In this document: positions 36,316 to 49,879 of the stretch, piece after piece
Numbering within the stretch: the first letter of the stretch is position 1
Layout: the number at the start of each line of letters is the position of its first letter
DNA from: Felis catus
Taxonomy: Eukaryota
NCBI RefSeq assembly: GCF_018350175.1
Contig: NC_058368.1
Coordinates: 92,754,001 to 92,818,000 of the forward strand
Length of the DNA: 64,000 bases
Direction: 5' to 3'
Notes under the pieces: generated by a model
Seen by the model: the letters and a program-made list of their open reading frames with translations, nothing else
Database searches by the model: none
What the model was told of the DNA's origin: nothing
Made by a program: the position numbers and the translations under genes

Positions 36316-38780
36316 GAGTTGTTTGTAAATTTTATTGCTGAATATTATGACTATATAGCTATTCCTTGATTTATAGTCATTTGTTGAATGACCTTTTGGG
36401 TTGTTTCTAGTTTTTAGATATATACATAATTTAGTTAGTGTTACAAATGCCAAATCTGCATGTGTGTGGTATGTGTGCACGTGCACACACACACACCCAG
36501 AGTTTCCATATATCCATGAGTCTGATTGTAAGTTCTATATTCAGTTTCAATAGCCTATTTTTCTTTCTGTGTGTCAGTGCCATGTTTTACTTTAATATAG
36601 AGTCTTATAATAGGGGAAGTCCCTTGCCCTTAATCATCTACTTCAAAATGGTGTGGGTTATTTTTTGTCTAAAAGATGCTTCTTTAGTCTCTTAAAATGC
36701 AAATGGCAAGTTATTTGAGGATTTCTTTTAATTACTAAGGCAGTTCCATCCTTAGTGGAGGCAAATCATAAGCCTCACTTTCTCAGGCTAATATTCTTCA
36801 TGAGGAAGAGGCATTGGCCATTTCAGCTTGCTACTGTTAGAGTCCCTTTCAGCAAGCTTTGTTGAGAACAACCTAAATAGTTCCAGTTTTTATTTGTAAT
36901 TTCTTTGTATTCTGTGGGTGGGAACATGTTAGGACTAAGGTGTCTGTCCTCGTTTCAATGGATGGCATAGTAATGTGTTGTGGTCATTCTGGTGTGTGTA
37001 ATAAAGAGCAGTAGTTGTTCTCACACTTGCTAAAATTATGCCAATTGTTAATAATTAGAATAGACTTTAATAGTATCCATGACGTATGGCCAGTATACCC
37101 AAGAATTCTGGCTTTATATCACAACCGCCTCTTCTCACTGCAGGTAAGATTCTCTCAAGGGAGAAGTGTGTGTATGTCTGTGTGTATAGATAGACAGCCC
37201 CACCCCCCTCTGATAACTAACAATTAGTTTCCTGTATCAATAAGTCTATGAGTGTGTTTCTGTTTTGTTTGTCCATTTGTTCTGTTTTATACATTACACA
37301 TAAAATCATGAAATCATGATATATTTGTCTTTGTCTGTTGGACTGATTTCACTTAGCCTAATACCCTCTTGGTCCTTCTTTGTTGTTATGGATGGCATGA
37401 TTTCATTATTTTTATGGCTGAGTAATATTCCATTGCATTTATATGCCACATCTTCTTTATTCAATTATCTATTGATGGACACATAGTTTCTTTACACTTG
37501 ACTATTGTCAGTGATGCTACTATGAACATAGAGATACATACATCTTTTTGAATTAGTGTTTTCTTTTTCTTAGGATAAATACCCAGAAGTGGAATTGCTA
37601 GATCATGTGGTATTGCTGTTTTTAATTTTTTGATGAAACTGCATATTATTTTCCAGGGTGGCTGCACCATTTTGCATTCCCACCAAGAATGTACAAAGGT
37701 TCCCTTTGCTATAAATCCTTGCCAGTAGTTGTCAGTTTTTGTCTTTTTGATAATAGCCATTGTCACAGGTGTCAGGGGACATCTCCTTGTGGTTTTGATG
37801 TGCATTCGCTGATGAGTGATCTTGAATATCTTTTCGTGTATCTATTGGCCATCTGGATGCCTTCTTAATGTCTATTTGTGTCCTCTATTCTTTTTAAAAT
37901 TGGGTTTTTAAAAAATATTAAGTTGCAGAAATTCTCTCTATATTTTGATTTTTAGTGCTTTACCAGATGTATGATGTGCAAATATCTTCTCCCATTCAGT
38001 AGGTTGCCCTTTTGTTTTGTTGATGGTTTCCTTCACTATGCAGAAGCTTCTTAGTTTGATGCAATTTCATTTGTTTATTTTAGCTTTTGTTGCCCTTGTC
38101 TGAGGAGATTGGCCCAAAGAAGTACTACTAAGACTGATGTCTAAGAATTTACTGCCTATGTTTTCTTTTATGAGTGTCATGGTTTCAGTCTTCTGTTCAG
38201 CTCTTTAATCCATTTTCAATTTATTTTTGTGTTGTGGTGTAAGACAGTGGTCCAGTTTCATTCTTTGCATGTAGCTGTCCAGTTTTCCCACCAACATATA
38301 TTAAAGAGACTCTTTTCCTCATTATCTGTTTTTGCCTTCCTTGTCATAGATTAGTTGACCTTATAAGAATCGGTCTATTTCTGGGCTCTTTTTTCTGCCC
38401 CATCCATCCAAGTGTCTGTTCTTGTGCCAGTACCATACTTTGTAGTCTAGGTTGAAATCACAGAGCATGATACTACCATTTGTGCCCTTCTTCAAGGTTG
38501 TCCTTGGCTACTTGGGGCCTTTTGTAGTTCCATACAAATTTTAGGATTTTTGTTGTGGTTGTGTGAAAAATTATGTTGGTATTTTGATAGAGTGTGCATT
38601 GAGTCTGTAGATTGCTTTGGGTAGTATTCACATTTTAACAGTATTGATTCTTCCCATCCATGAGTGCAGAATATCTTTACATTTATTTGTGTTCAGTTTC
38701 TTTCATCAATATCTTAGAATTTTCGGACTGCAGGCCTTTAATGTCTGGTTTAATTTATTTCTAGGTATTTTATTGTTTTT

Positions 38781-39004
38781 TTTTTTTTAATTTTTTTTCA
38801 ACGTTTTTTATTTATTTTTGGGACAGAGAGAGACAGAGCATGAACGGGGGAGGGGCAGAGAGAGAGGGAGACACAGAATCGGAAACAGGCTCCAGGCTCC
38901 GAGCCATCAGCCCAGAGCCTGACGCGGGGCTCGAACTCACGGACCGCGAGATCATGACCTGGCTGAAGTCGGACGCTTAACTGACTGCGCCACCCAGGCG
39001 CCCC
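38781..39004 (-). mobile_element. Young felid SINEC_Fc
   Basis: Diagnostic GGCGCAGTC / CTTCAGCCAGG / GGGCTGATGG motifs, CpG-rich; TSD gtattttattgttttt. Confidence 0.96.
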
Positions 39005-39054
39005 AGTATTTTATTGTTTTTAATGCAATTATAAATGAGATTGTTTCTCTTTTT

Positions 39055-39257
39055 GTAGTTTATTTATTTATTTATTGTCAGAGTGAGAGAGCACAATCAG
39101 GGGAGGGACAGAGAGAGAGGGAGAGAGAGAATCCCAGGTATGCTCTGTACTACCACTGTAGAGCCCGATGTGGGATTTGAACTCACAAACCGCGAGATTG
39201 TGACTTGAGCTGAAACCACGAGTTGGACACTTAACCAACTGAGCCACCCAGGCTCCC
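39055..39257 (-). mobile_element. Can-SINE
   Basis: TSD gattgtttct. Confidence 0.92.
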
Positions 39258-42200
39258 TGGGATTGTTTCTTAATTTCTCTTTTTGATAGCTTGTTAAGTA
39301 GTGTATAGAAATCTGACAGATTCTTGTGTGTTAATTTTATATCCTGCAACTTTACTGAATTCATTTACTAGTTCTAATAGATTTTTGGCCGTGTCTTTAG
39401 AGTTTCCTATATATAGTGTTATATCATCTACAAATCATGGCAGTCTTACTTCTTCCTTTCCAATTTGGATCCTTTTAAATTCTTTTTCTTGCCTAATTGC
39501 TATGGCAAGGACTTGCAACGTATGTTGAGTAAAAGTGGGCATCCTTTTCTTGTTCCTGATCTTAGAGGAAAAGCTTTTGGCTTTTCACAATTTAGTGTGA
39601 TATTAGCTGTGGATTTGTCATATATGGACTTTATTATATTGAGGTATGTTGCCTCTATACTCACTTTGTTGAGATTTTTCCTTATAAATGGTTGTAGAAT
39701 TTTGTGAAATGCTTTCTCTGCTTCTTTTGAGATAATTATATGGCTTTTCTCCTTCATTTTGTTAATGTGGTGTATCACATTGATTTGTGGATTATTGAGC
39801 CATTCTTGTATCCCTGGAATAGATCCCACTTGATTGTAGTATATAATCCTTTTAATACATTGTTGAATTTGGTTTGCTGATATTTTATTGGGTATTTTTT
39901 AATCTACATTAATCAGGAATATTGGCCTGTAATGTGTGTGTGTGTGTGGGGGGGGTATCTTTGGTTTTCATAGCAACATAATGCTGGCCTCACAGAATGA
40001 ATTTGGAAGAATTACTTCCCCTTCAACTTTTTTGGAATAATTGGAGAAAGATAGATACTAATTCTTTAAATATTTGGTAGAATTCACTTGTGAAGCCATG
40101 TGGTCCTGGACTTTTGTTTATTGAGAGTTTTTTAAAATACGGGTTCAATTTGATTTTTTGTGGTCTTATTCAGATTTTATGTTTCTTTGTGATTCAGTTT
40201 TGGAAGGTTGTGTGTTTCCCCTTATCAATTTCTTCTAGGTTTTCCAATTTGTTGGTGTATAATTATAGTAGTCTCTTAGAATCCTTTGTATGTCTGTAGT
40301 GTCATTTCTGATTTTTTTTATTTGGGCTCTTGCTTTTTTTTCTTGATGAGTCTGGTTTTTTGTCTTTTCAGTGAACCCGCTTTTAGTTTTATTGATCTTT
40401 TCTACTTTTTCAGTCTCCATTTAATTTATTTCTGTTATGATCTTTATTTCCTTTGTTTTTCTACTAATTTTGGGCTTTGTTCTTTTCTTAGTTCCTTTGT
40501 GTGTAAAGTTAGTTTATTTGGAATTTTTCTTGTTTATTGGGATAAGGCTGTATTGCTGTAAACTTCTCTCTTTGAACTGCTTTTGCTGTGTCCCATAGAT
40601 TTTGGAAAATTGTGTTTCAATTTTCATATGTCTCAAGATATTTTTTAAATCTCTTCTTTGATTTATTGACCTATTGGCTGTTTAGTAGCATGTTGATTTA
40701 CCTCCACATGTTTGTGTATTCCAATTTTCTTCTTGTAATTGATTTCTAGGTTCACGCTATTGTGGTTGGAAAAGGTGCTTGGTATGATTTCATTCTTCTA
40801 AATTTTTTGAGACTTCTTTTGTGGCCTAACATGTGTTCACTCCTGGAGAATGTTCTGTGTTCACTTGCAAACAATGTGTACTCTGCAGGTTTTGGATAAC
40901 ATGTTCAGTTTATAACTGTTAAGTCCACCTGGTCTAATGTGTCACTTAAGACCAGTGTTTCTTTATTAATTTTCTGTCTGGTTGATCTTCCATTGATGTA
41001 AATCAGGTATTTGGGTCCCTTCCTATTATTGTATTCCGGTCAATTTCTGCCTTTATGTTTGTTAGTATTGGCTTTATATATTTAGGTGTTCTTGTGTTGG
41101 GTGCATAAATATTTATGAATATCTTGCCTTCTTCTTGGAATGATCCCTTTATCATTATGTAATGCTCTTCTTCGTCTTCTGTTACAGTCTTTGTTTTAAA
41201 GTCAGTCTGGTCTGGTAGGAGTATTGCTACTCCAACTTCCCTTTTCTTTCCATTTGCATGAAATATTTTTCTCCATCCTTTCAGTTTCAGTCTGGGCATG
41301 TCTTTATGTACCTAATATCTTATCAGAGAATACAATCTCAAAACCATCTCCAATTTTTCCAAACCCACAATTGTGTAAATTTCTTTTGATATCCTTAATC
41401 CTATTCTTAAGGTCCGTCAGGCCTTTAAAAACCAGGTTTTTTGAACTATAACTGTGTCATTCCTATGAAAATCCACAAAAAAATGTCTCCACGATCTCAA
41501 GATCCTCTTTTCTTGCAAATCATTTTGTATTTATTATATGTATGCTTTTTTGCTTTGGCCTACAAGGAAGCTCAAAGTCATATTTGTTTCCCAGTTTTAA
41601 CAATTGAGTAAGATCTTGTGGTCTGGCTTTCAAGGACTCATCTTTACTTTTTTATTTTGATATTCCACTGGTCCCTAATTTTTCTTTTCTTTTTTTTTGG
41701 GGGGGGGCTAATGTTCTTACATGCACCATGTCTAAAAGTACCACAGCAAAAGCCATTTTTACAAAGGAGGTAGACATTCCAGGACTTTTGTCCTCAGCTG
41801 GGAAGCCACATCATGCCAGATGTTAGAAAATGACATCAACAACAACAACAAAAACCTTTCACATTTCCCTACTATGACACATGCCCCACAAGGGAAATGC
41901 CTTCTGAGTGGGAGCCGGACGTTGACACTTCAGTGTTTCCCATTGCCTTTCAAATGTCATTATTGTTTCTTTGACTAAAACATTTTAGAAGATCACTGGG
42001 GGAGTTCAATGAGATTTACAGATTATTCAGTGAATATGTTTTTCAAAAGCATCATACAGTTTCCCTTTTTCCTCTTCTCCTTAGGGGGGCAGAGCACAAC
42101 CCCTCTGTATATATTTACATCCTTATTACTCACCTTGCTGCACACATGGGGATATGTTTCTACCTCCTTACAGACTTCCCTCTCTAGATTTAAAACTTAG

Positions 42201-43320
42201 CTCAAATTCTGGAATTCCAAAGCTTTGCTCTCTGTAAATGCTTCTTTTGGGAGCCATGCTCCCTTCACCTCCATATTTGTTTCCTGATGCCTAACCCTGA
42301 TGATAAATACCTTGGGGACTACTGGCTTTGCACAGTGATTGTAAGTGTACTCTTTCACCTGTGGATGATCATTTTATGGCTGACGTCCTTATGACTTCTT
42401 TGAATTCATGTAGCCTGAAACGAAGCTGCATTGTGCATGGGGAAAAAACCTTATTACTACAATGATTGCCATTTGCAGGGTGTATCGTATTGGGACCTCT
42501 AGTTGTGGTAAAGCAGTAAAGATGAAAAATGTGGGACCTGCTCTGGGTCTTAGGGATTAGGAAGTTGTATTGATTTTATGAGGTCATCCCATGCCAAGCC
42601 TGAGCAAGGGAAGGGAACTTTTTACAAAGACTTTGTAGACAAGCCCTTGGAGATGACTGTAATGGCTCATTTCTCAATTCTGTACAACCCTCACTTTTAT
42701 CCCAACCTAACAATGTGCACCTTAAACTGAACTACCAGCACCATTTATTGCTTCAACAAATGTTTATTTAGTATCTATTATGGGCAAGGCATCATGCAAA
42801 GGCACTTAATAAATATTAACCAAGGGGGTAGAAGAGTGCCTCTGTTCACAGTGTTCTTATCTAATTTTTGAAATTCTATGACTGACAACATTAACTATGA
42901 AGCCAAAGTCTTCAACCATTCCAGCCTTCTTAATACCCACTATGTTATTTTAATTTTGAATTCTCCCACGAAGAAATATCCATGCATTGAAAGTTGTAGG
43001 TTGTATAGGTTTTGTAGAGCAGGAAGAATAGACTTGTCCTCCCTCACCTTTCTTTTATCTGCCATTGGGGTATTCACAGGTTCTTAACAATTAGAGTGAC
43101 CCTGACCTTCTGGATGTGAGGAGAAATACAGTGTGTGGGAATGTCATAGTCCATAAAGGAAACATATAGAACTTATAGAGAAACTTATAGAAAAATGGAA
43201 AAATATAGAGGACTGGATCATACATAGCTTCATATACATATTACATATTATATATAGAGTATATCTGCATTTGTGCATAAAAATTTTCCACTTCACTTTA
43301 GTATATATTAAGATGTTTCT

Positions 43321-43520
43321 GGGGCGCCTGGGTGGCTCATTTGGTTAAGCGCCCAAATCTTGGTTTTGGCTCAGGTCATGATCTCATGGTTTCATGAGTT
43401 CTAGCCCCATGTTGGGCTCTGAGCTGATAGTGCAGAGCCTGCTTGGCATTCTCTCTTTCTTCCCCTCCCTGCTCATGCTGTCTCTGTGTCTCTCAAAATA
43501 AACAAATAAAGTTAAAAAAT
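43321..43520 (+). mobile_element. Can-SINE
   Basis: TSD aagatgtttc. Confidence 0.95.
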
Positions 43521-43567
43521 AAAAGATGTTTCCATGTTGGTACATTCAGTTTGAATTTAGTCTTTTT

Positions 43568-43642
43568 AAAAAAGTTTTTTTAAAGTGTTTATTCATTTTT
43601 GAGAGAGAGAAACAGAGCATGAGTGGTGGAGGGGCAGAGAGA

Positions 43643-43677
<35 letters not shown>

Positions 43678-43802
43678 TCTGAAGCAGGCTTTAGGCTCTG
43701 AGCTGTCAGCACAGAGCCCAACTCAGGGCTCGAATTCACAAACTGTGAGATCATGACCTGGCTGAAGTCAGATGCTTAACCAACTGAGCCACCCAGGTGC
43801 CC
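43568..43802 (-). mobile_element. Can-SINE
   Basis: TSD tgaatttagtctttt. Confidence 0.95.
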
Positions 43803-43960
43803 TGTGAATTTAGTCTTTTAGGTGATTGTTTCAATGACTCTCCCAGTTTATAAACATTCTCTTATTAATTGTATTGAAAATACTTCCAATTTTTCCTATT
43901 GCAAATAGTGCTACTCCTAATAACTTAGACATTCTTAGTGAACACATTCAAGAGCATCTC

Positions 43961-44168
43961 AGGGTGCCTGGGTAACTGACTGGGTGGCTCAGTCGGTTAA
44001 GCATCTGACTCTTGGTTTTGGCTCAGCTCATGATCTCACGGTTCGTGAGGTCACAAAAGCCCTGCATTGGGTTCTCCACTGATAGCGTAGAGCCTGCTTC
44101 GGATTCTCTCTCTGCCTCTCCCCTGATCATGCTCTCTCTCTCTCAATATAAATAAACTTAAAAAAAAA
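43961..44168 (+). mobile_element. Can-SINE with small 5' duplication
   Basis: TSD aagagcatctc; head reads gggtgcctgggtaactgactgggtggctcag. Confidence 0.93.
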
Positions 44169-44715
44169 AGAGCATCTCTAGGGCCTATAGGTAGAATCAG
44201 AAAACTGAGGCCTCTCTTTGGAGACCCTAATTTATGTGATGTTCTTTAGAATTTGCACTGCCTGATCTCTGAAATCACAGCAGCTTTATGAATTTGTACT
44301 TAATATGCCAGCAATTCAAAAGAGGAACTTTGAAGAATTCCAATGGAAGCAAAGTCTCTTTCCCAGAAGAGAGACTTTCAATTTATTTTCTTTGTGTGAT
44401 CTTCAAATATCAATGCTTCACCTTCTGGGGACTGATGGTGTCCAAAATGCTATAGAGTATTTTAATTAAATTATTCTTTGTTTTCCATCAGTGACCTTAC
44501 CTAAAAGTACCAAATCAAAAAAATGTCTGAGAAAATTGTCAGTGTTCCTGGCAATGGGATGGTGAATTCAATAAGAATGTAGTTATGAAATAATATCTTT
44601 TATTTTAGCTCTTCTCAAATGTCTCTATGACAAAGTACTATACAGAAAGAGCTTTTCTGAATCTGGTTTTCACAAGGGAGTTCTAAATGGATACATTTCC
44701 CCCATATTGCCTTTT

Positions 44716-44917
44716 TATTAAAAAATTTTTTTAATGTTTATTTTTGAGAGAGAGAGAGGGAAGGACAGAGCATGAGCAGGGAGGGGCAGAGAGAGAGGGA
44801 GACACAGAATCTGAAGCAGGCTCCAGGCTCTGAGCTGTCAGCACAGAGCCCGACGCAGGGTGAACTCATGAACCGTGCTGACGTTGGGTGCTTAACCGAA
44901 TGAGCCACCTAGGCTCT
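44716..44917 (-). mobile_element. Can-SINE
   Basis: TSD attgccttttta. Confidence 0.92.
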
Positions 44918-44950
44918 CCTCCCAAAATTGCCTTTTTAAAGGCATGTTTC

Positions 44951-45163
44951 GGGGCGCCTGGGTGGCACAGTCGGTTAAGCGTCCGACTTCAGCCAGGTCA
45001 TGATCTCGCGGTCCGTGAGTTTGAGCCCTGCGTCAGGCTCTGGGCTGATGGCTCAGAGCCTGGAGCCTGTTTCCGATTCTGTGTCTCCCTCTCTCTCTGC
45101 CCCTCCCCCGTTCATGCTCTGTCTCTCTCTCTCCCAAAAATAAATAAATGTTGAAAAAAAAAA
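44951..45163 (+). mobile_element. Young felid SINEC_Fc
   Basis: Diagnostic motifs; TSD ggcatgtttc. Confidence 0.96.
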
Positions 45164-46199
45164 GGGCATGTTTCTTACAACGTAAATATGATTCTTAATC
45201 TCGTCCAGTGGACTCAAAATTAAGGATAGTTGAAACCAAAGTGCTAAAGAGAAGATGGGTTTAGAAAACCCAGGGACAGTTGGCAAATTTTATGCCCCAC
45301 TGTAACCTATGCATGGTTGTCATGGCTTCCAAGATATGTGAGCTCTGCTGGAAACTTGTGTGCTACTTTAGAAAACGATGTGTAAAACATTTCTAGAGAA
45401 TTGCCTTCTGCAATAAGTGTGCTTTCTAGCCAAGAAGTGACACAAACAGACCCACAACAGATGTATAATGGCTGCCCTATAGAGTTGAGAATATTCTAGA
45501 CAAGAACACTCAGAGTGGATTATAGGAATTGACCTGTGCAGTGTCTGACTTTTAACTTTGTAATGTTGAAGGTTTCTAGTATTACATGCTTCTCTTCTGA
45601 GCTGACTTCTGCCTGAAATGGTAGATCCCCTATCCCACAACACAGGGATAATTTATTCCGTATTGCATGGGCTTTGATGTATATTTCAAAGAGTTCAGTT
45701 ACAGTCAGGTGTGTTGCCTTTGGTCAGATGCAAAGGCAAACCTCTCTATCTGGCATGCCCTGACAGTTGAATGTGTCCATTTTCCTTCACAATAAAGTAG
45801 CATCTCCTGAAATCTAATTCCTGATTAGATCCAAAGGGCCTGCTTACTCTGGTCATGGATTAATATGTATTCCATCCCTGGGATGATTTGGGTTGCCCTA
45901 AAAACTGCCAGACATCAGCTGAATGAATTGAACTGGATTCCCTGTGCAAGGTGGGGCCGGGAATGGGAAGTGATCATTTGGGCTCTCAGGATATGAAATC
46001 AAAGCCTTCTCAATGGGCTTTGTGAGTTTTGCTGTATGCTCCATCAGGAAATAATTAAAATCCTTAGTTCCCTCAAATACCACTTCACTTTTAACATCTA
46101 ATACTATTTATTGGTGAGGAATTTATTTTGTCAGCATGTAATATCATCCTGGGCATATTTGGAGAGAGGTAGTTACAGACTATGGTTTAAGTGTGCTTT

Positions 46200-46424
46200 T
46201 TCTTTAAAAAAAAATGTTTTTTAACGTTTTATTTATTATTGAGAGACAGAGAGAAACAGAGCATGAGCATGGGAGGGGCAGAGAAAGGAGGAGACACAGA
46301 ATCCAAAGCAGGCTCCAGGCTCTGAATTGTCAGCACAGAGCCCAATGCGGGGCTTGAACTCACAAACCCCGAGATCATGACCTGAGCCAAAGTCAGACAC
46401 TTAAGTGAGCCACCCAGGTGCCCC
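46200..46424 (-). mobile_element. Can-SINE
   Basis: Reverse head and tail; TSD tgcttttt. Confidence 0.94.
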
Positions 46425-47394
46425 TAGGCATGCTTTTTAAAAAAAGACTAGAATGATTCCTATTATCATGTTATTCATCATTTTCTCTCTAGGTGAGGAT
46501 TTTTGGGAATTCTCACTTTAATATTCTTGTAACACATATGGAAAATTGTTACATCCTGCCAGTTACGCGTACCACAAGGTTTCTTCTTGAGGGTTGGAGG
46601 TTTGTTTCTGCTTATAAATACTTCTGTAGATTTTGGGTCTCTGCAACATTAAGTTGTGCTCTTATGGACATAAAGACTTCTGTTTCCTCTTGAAAATAAT
46701 GTGCTCATGAAACTTGGAACAGTTTCTTAAAAAACCAAATATATGTACAAAGGTGAGTAAGATTTACAGTTGAATACGGTGGCATGTTCATAGCTTCTGA
46801 AAGGTGTGAAATCTGTTGGTTCTCTTTGTGCCCCCAAGAGAAAGGCCTGGTAGGGTTCTTTTTAACATGAAAACCCTGGTAAAAAGTACTTATAGTACCC
46901 CAGATGAAATAATATCTCAATTCCAATGTCGAATGATGAAAGGAGACATAACGTATAGGTTTGGTCAAGGACACCTGTTTTCCAAGGGAAAAGTGGATAC
47001 TTTGCCTCAAAATTCATGTAGGAAATTACCAAAAGTGAAATTAAAATCTATGAAATACTTCACTCCTTTGGAGAGTTAACACAGCCCATAAAACAAGGTG
47101 GCAATTGTACTTGAGTTGAACTGCCATATAATTTGCCATTTTGCCAAAGTTATTGTGAAAAATGAAAATAATTTGCTATTCTTAACGTTCGACATCAATT
47201 CTGAAATGAATCACAAGTTATATTACCTGAAAACAGAGAGTGCACTTCAAAGGTAATTGCCATCCTATTTCTTAGGCTAATGTAATATTCTTATACAGAG
47301 TTTTATTGGAAGGAATTACACTTCATTTGTGATTGTCTTCCCCCTTATTTTTTGCCTGCTAATTTCTCTATTCACTTTACCTTGATACTGTAGA

Positions 47395-47730
47395 CTTGTC
47401 TTTCTCAACGTTAGCACTACTAAAATTTTTTTAAGTTTTTTTAAGGTTTATTCATTTTTCAGAGACAGAGAGACAGAGTGTGAGCAGGGGAGGGGCAGAG
47501 AGAGAGGGAGACACAGAATCTAAAACAGGCTCCAGGCTCTGAGCTGTTAGCATAAGCACTACTAACATTTTAAGCCATCCTAGGCAATGTAGGATCGTTA
47601 GCAGCGAACCTTGTCTCTACCCACCATGCAATGCTCCTGGCACCTTCTGCCTGGTTATGGCCGCCAATCATGACCTCAGATGTTGCCAAGTGCCCTCTGG
47701 GGGTAAAATCGCCCCAGTTCAGAACCACTG
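47395..47730 (+). mobile_element. MER20 (hAT-Charlie) with nested truncated SINE
   Basis: ttctcaac..gcactact start and cagatgttgccaagtgccctctgggggtaaaatcgccccagttcagaaccactg end. Confidence 0.8.
47425..47552 (-). mobile_element. 5'-truncated Can-SINE
   Basis: 3' half only; TSD agcactactaa. Confidence 0.9.
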
Positions 47731-48809
47731 CAGATGGATCATTAACACCATGTCTGATTGTAATGTTTTGTTATCCTGTCTATGAATTCCTTGTTGATTT
47801 GGAAATGATTGGCCATTCATTTATGTCAAAGAAAATTATAAAAGAATCATGGAGCCTGCTTTTCCCAGGGCTTAGAAGACTTTGAGCTTTGTATGGTTGA
47901 ATATTTAAATGTCATTTATCAAACATTTTACTCATGGACCAGAGCTCCTCAATGCTTTACATTCTAAATGTCATGAAGAAAACACACAAATGACTGAGAA
48001 GGATGGAATTGTTTTTGGTGATGGGTTTATAATAAGGTAGTGCTATCGTTATGTATTATTATTACTGCTACACGCTGTTAGTCATGACTCTTGTTTAAAT
48101 ATAAAATCAGCTCATGTCAGACGTTTTTTATTCAGCACATAAATTAATAAGGCAACCAGTACACTGTCAAACTGGTCTGAAGAGCATTTGAGGGGCTACA
48201 TATTTGTAGGCAATTTAGTAAAGGAATTTTGCAGGCTAGTATTTTCTGAGGGCATTACATAAGAACTTTTGGGGATTTATTTTCCACCACACAGAAATGA
48301 TTGGCATTTCTATAAAAGTCTACAAGTAGACATGGAACTTCACTAAGTCTCAGACCTTTAATCAATATTCTTAATAGTGTTGAAACTTTTCCTTGTTCAT
48401 AGGCAGAAATATTTCTCTTTTCTAAGGTAAATGCCTCCACCTCCAGAACATCCCTGTCTCCAAGGAGCAGCCTCTTATCCATTCTTTTTCTCCCTTCAAG
48501 GGGAAACGGATTTTTTTCAAATGTATCTCTCTACCCACCTCTGAAATAATCACTGAATAAATGGTCCACCATTACTACATCTGTATTCCACACCCTGAAA
48601 TCAGGCATCTAGTATCTTGGGATTATTGAATCCTAGATATCAAATGTAGGGTCATAATGCGGCTGACATGCTAACATGTCACATGTCAGACAAGAAAATT
48701 AATATGGATTACTAATACATGAAGTCATGGCATACTCTTGTTGGGGACCTAAGGTAAAATTTGGTACATTAACTGCTTTCTATGGAGTATATGTACAAGG
48801 TGGGTTTTT

Positions 48810-49024
48810 AAAAAATTTTTTTTAAATGTTTTATTTATTTATGAGAAAGAGACAGAGTATAAGCAGGGGAGAGGAAGAGAGAGAGGAAGACAGAATCCAC
48901 AAAGCAGGCTCCAGGCTCTGATCTGTGAGCACAGAGCCTCATGTGGGGCTCGAACCCATGAACTGTGAGATCACAACCTGAGCCAAAGTCAGAGGCTTAA
49001 CCAACTGAGCCATCCAGGCATCCC
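48810..49024 (-). mobile_element. Can-SINE
   Basis: Reverse head and tail. Confidence 0.93.
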
Positions 49025-49353
49025 ATGATACAAACTGTTAAAATAGGTCCTGAAAAATAGACCATTAATAAGTCTAAGCTATTAACAGTCATAATTAGAG
49101 CTTTCTCCTGGAGTGCTTTAATTAAAATTGTGCTAACTCAGTGGAAACCTAGAATTACTTCCAAAGTTAAAATGAGGTAATTAATCAAGACTTAACTTAT
49201 CCTATTATTCTGTTTTTTTTTTTTTTTTTTTTTTTTATTGAAAATACTCTTTTCTCAAAGAAAGGAAAAGAGGAAAGATGAGAGAGGGAAAGGAATAATT
49301 CTGACCAGTTAGGCACTGGATTTAAATAAAGGCCTTTAAAAAGATGCATTTCA

Positions 49354-49522
49354 GGGGCACCTGGGTGGCTCAGTCAGTTAAGCATCCAACTTCAGCTCAG
49401 GTCACGATCTCGCTGTTGGTGGGTTTGAGCCCCACATTCGGTTCTGTGCTGACAGCTTGGAGCCTGGAGCCTGCTTCAGATTCTGTGTCTCCCTCTCTCT
49501 GCCCCTCCCCTGCTCACGGTTG

Positions 49523-49576
<54 letters not shown>

Positions 49577-49633
49577 TCTCCCTCTCTCCCTCTCTCCCTC
49601 TCTCCCTCTCTCCCTCTCTCCCTCTCTCCCTCT

Positions 49634-49674
<41 letters not shown>

Positions 49675-49710
49675 AAATAAACATTAAAACAATTTTTTTA
49701 AATAATAATA
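49354..49710 (+). mobile_element. Can-SINE with greatly expanded CT tract
   Basis: TSD atgcattt; (CT)n/(CTCTCTCC)n at 49523-49672. Confidence 0.95.
49523..49672. repeat. (CT)n-(CCCTCTCT)n-(CT)n polypyrimidine microsatellite, ~150 bp
   Basis: Directly visible. Confidence 0.96.
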
Positions 49711-49879
49711 AAAATGCATTTGAGGTCTTTGCAAAACAGCATATGTTATGACACAAGTGCAGAAATCTGTCCATTTTAGAGAAGCCCATCACATGTAGAT
49801 TGCCTTTGCAGTTGTAATGCATGATAGTGTTTTTCATTCAGTCATGGAAGACAGTAACACTGACCTTAAATGTGACTCC

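Larger units (their letters stand above)
35545..36700 (-). mobile_element. Old LINE-1 (L1M) 3' relic with two nested SINEs
   Basis: ttgaggtataatt, tagaattttatataaatggaatcatatag motifs. Confidence 0.65.
37200..41300 (-). mobile_element. Large degenerate LINE-1 (ORF2: endonuclease, RT and C-terminus; internal deletions; two nested SINEs)
   Basis: ORFs 41003..41299 (LKGWRKIFHANG...NIYAPN, endonuclease), 39500..39829 (AEKAFHKI...[14 protein letters not shown]) and 37461..37805 (C-terminus). Confidence 0.95.

Noticed and set aside
49344..49837. 135-aa and 107-aa ORFs with LS/RE repeats
   Set aside because: SINE and CT-microsatellite read-through
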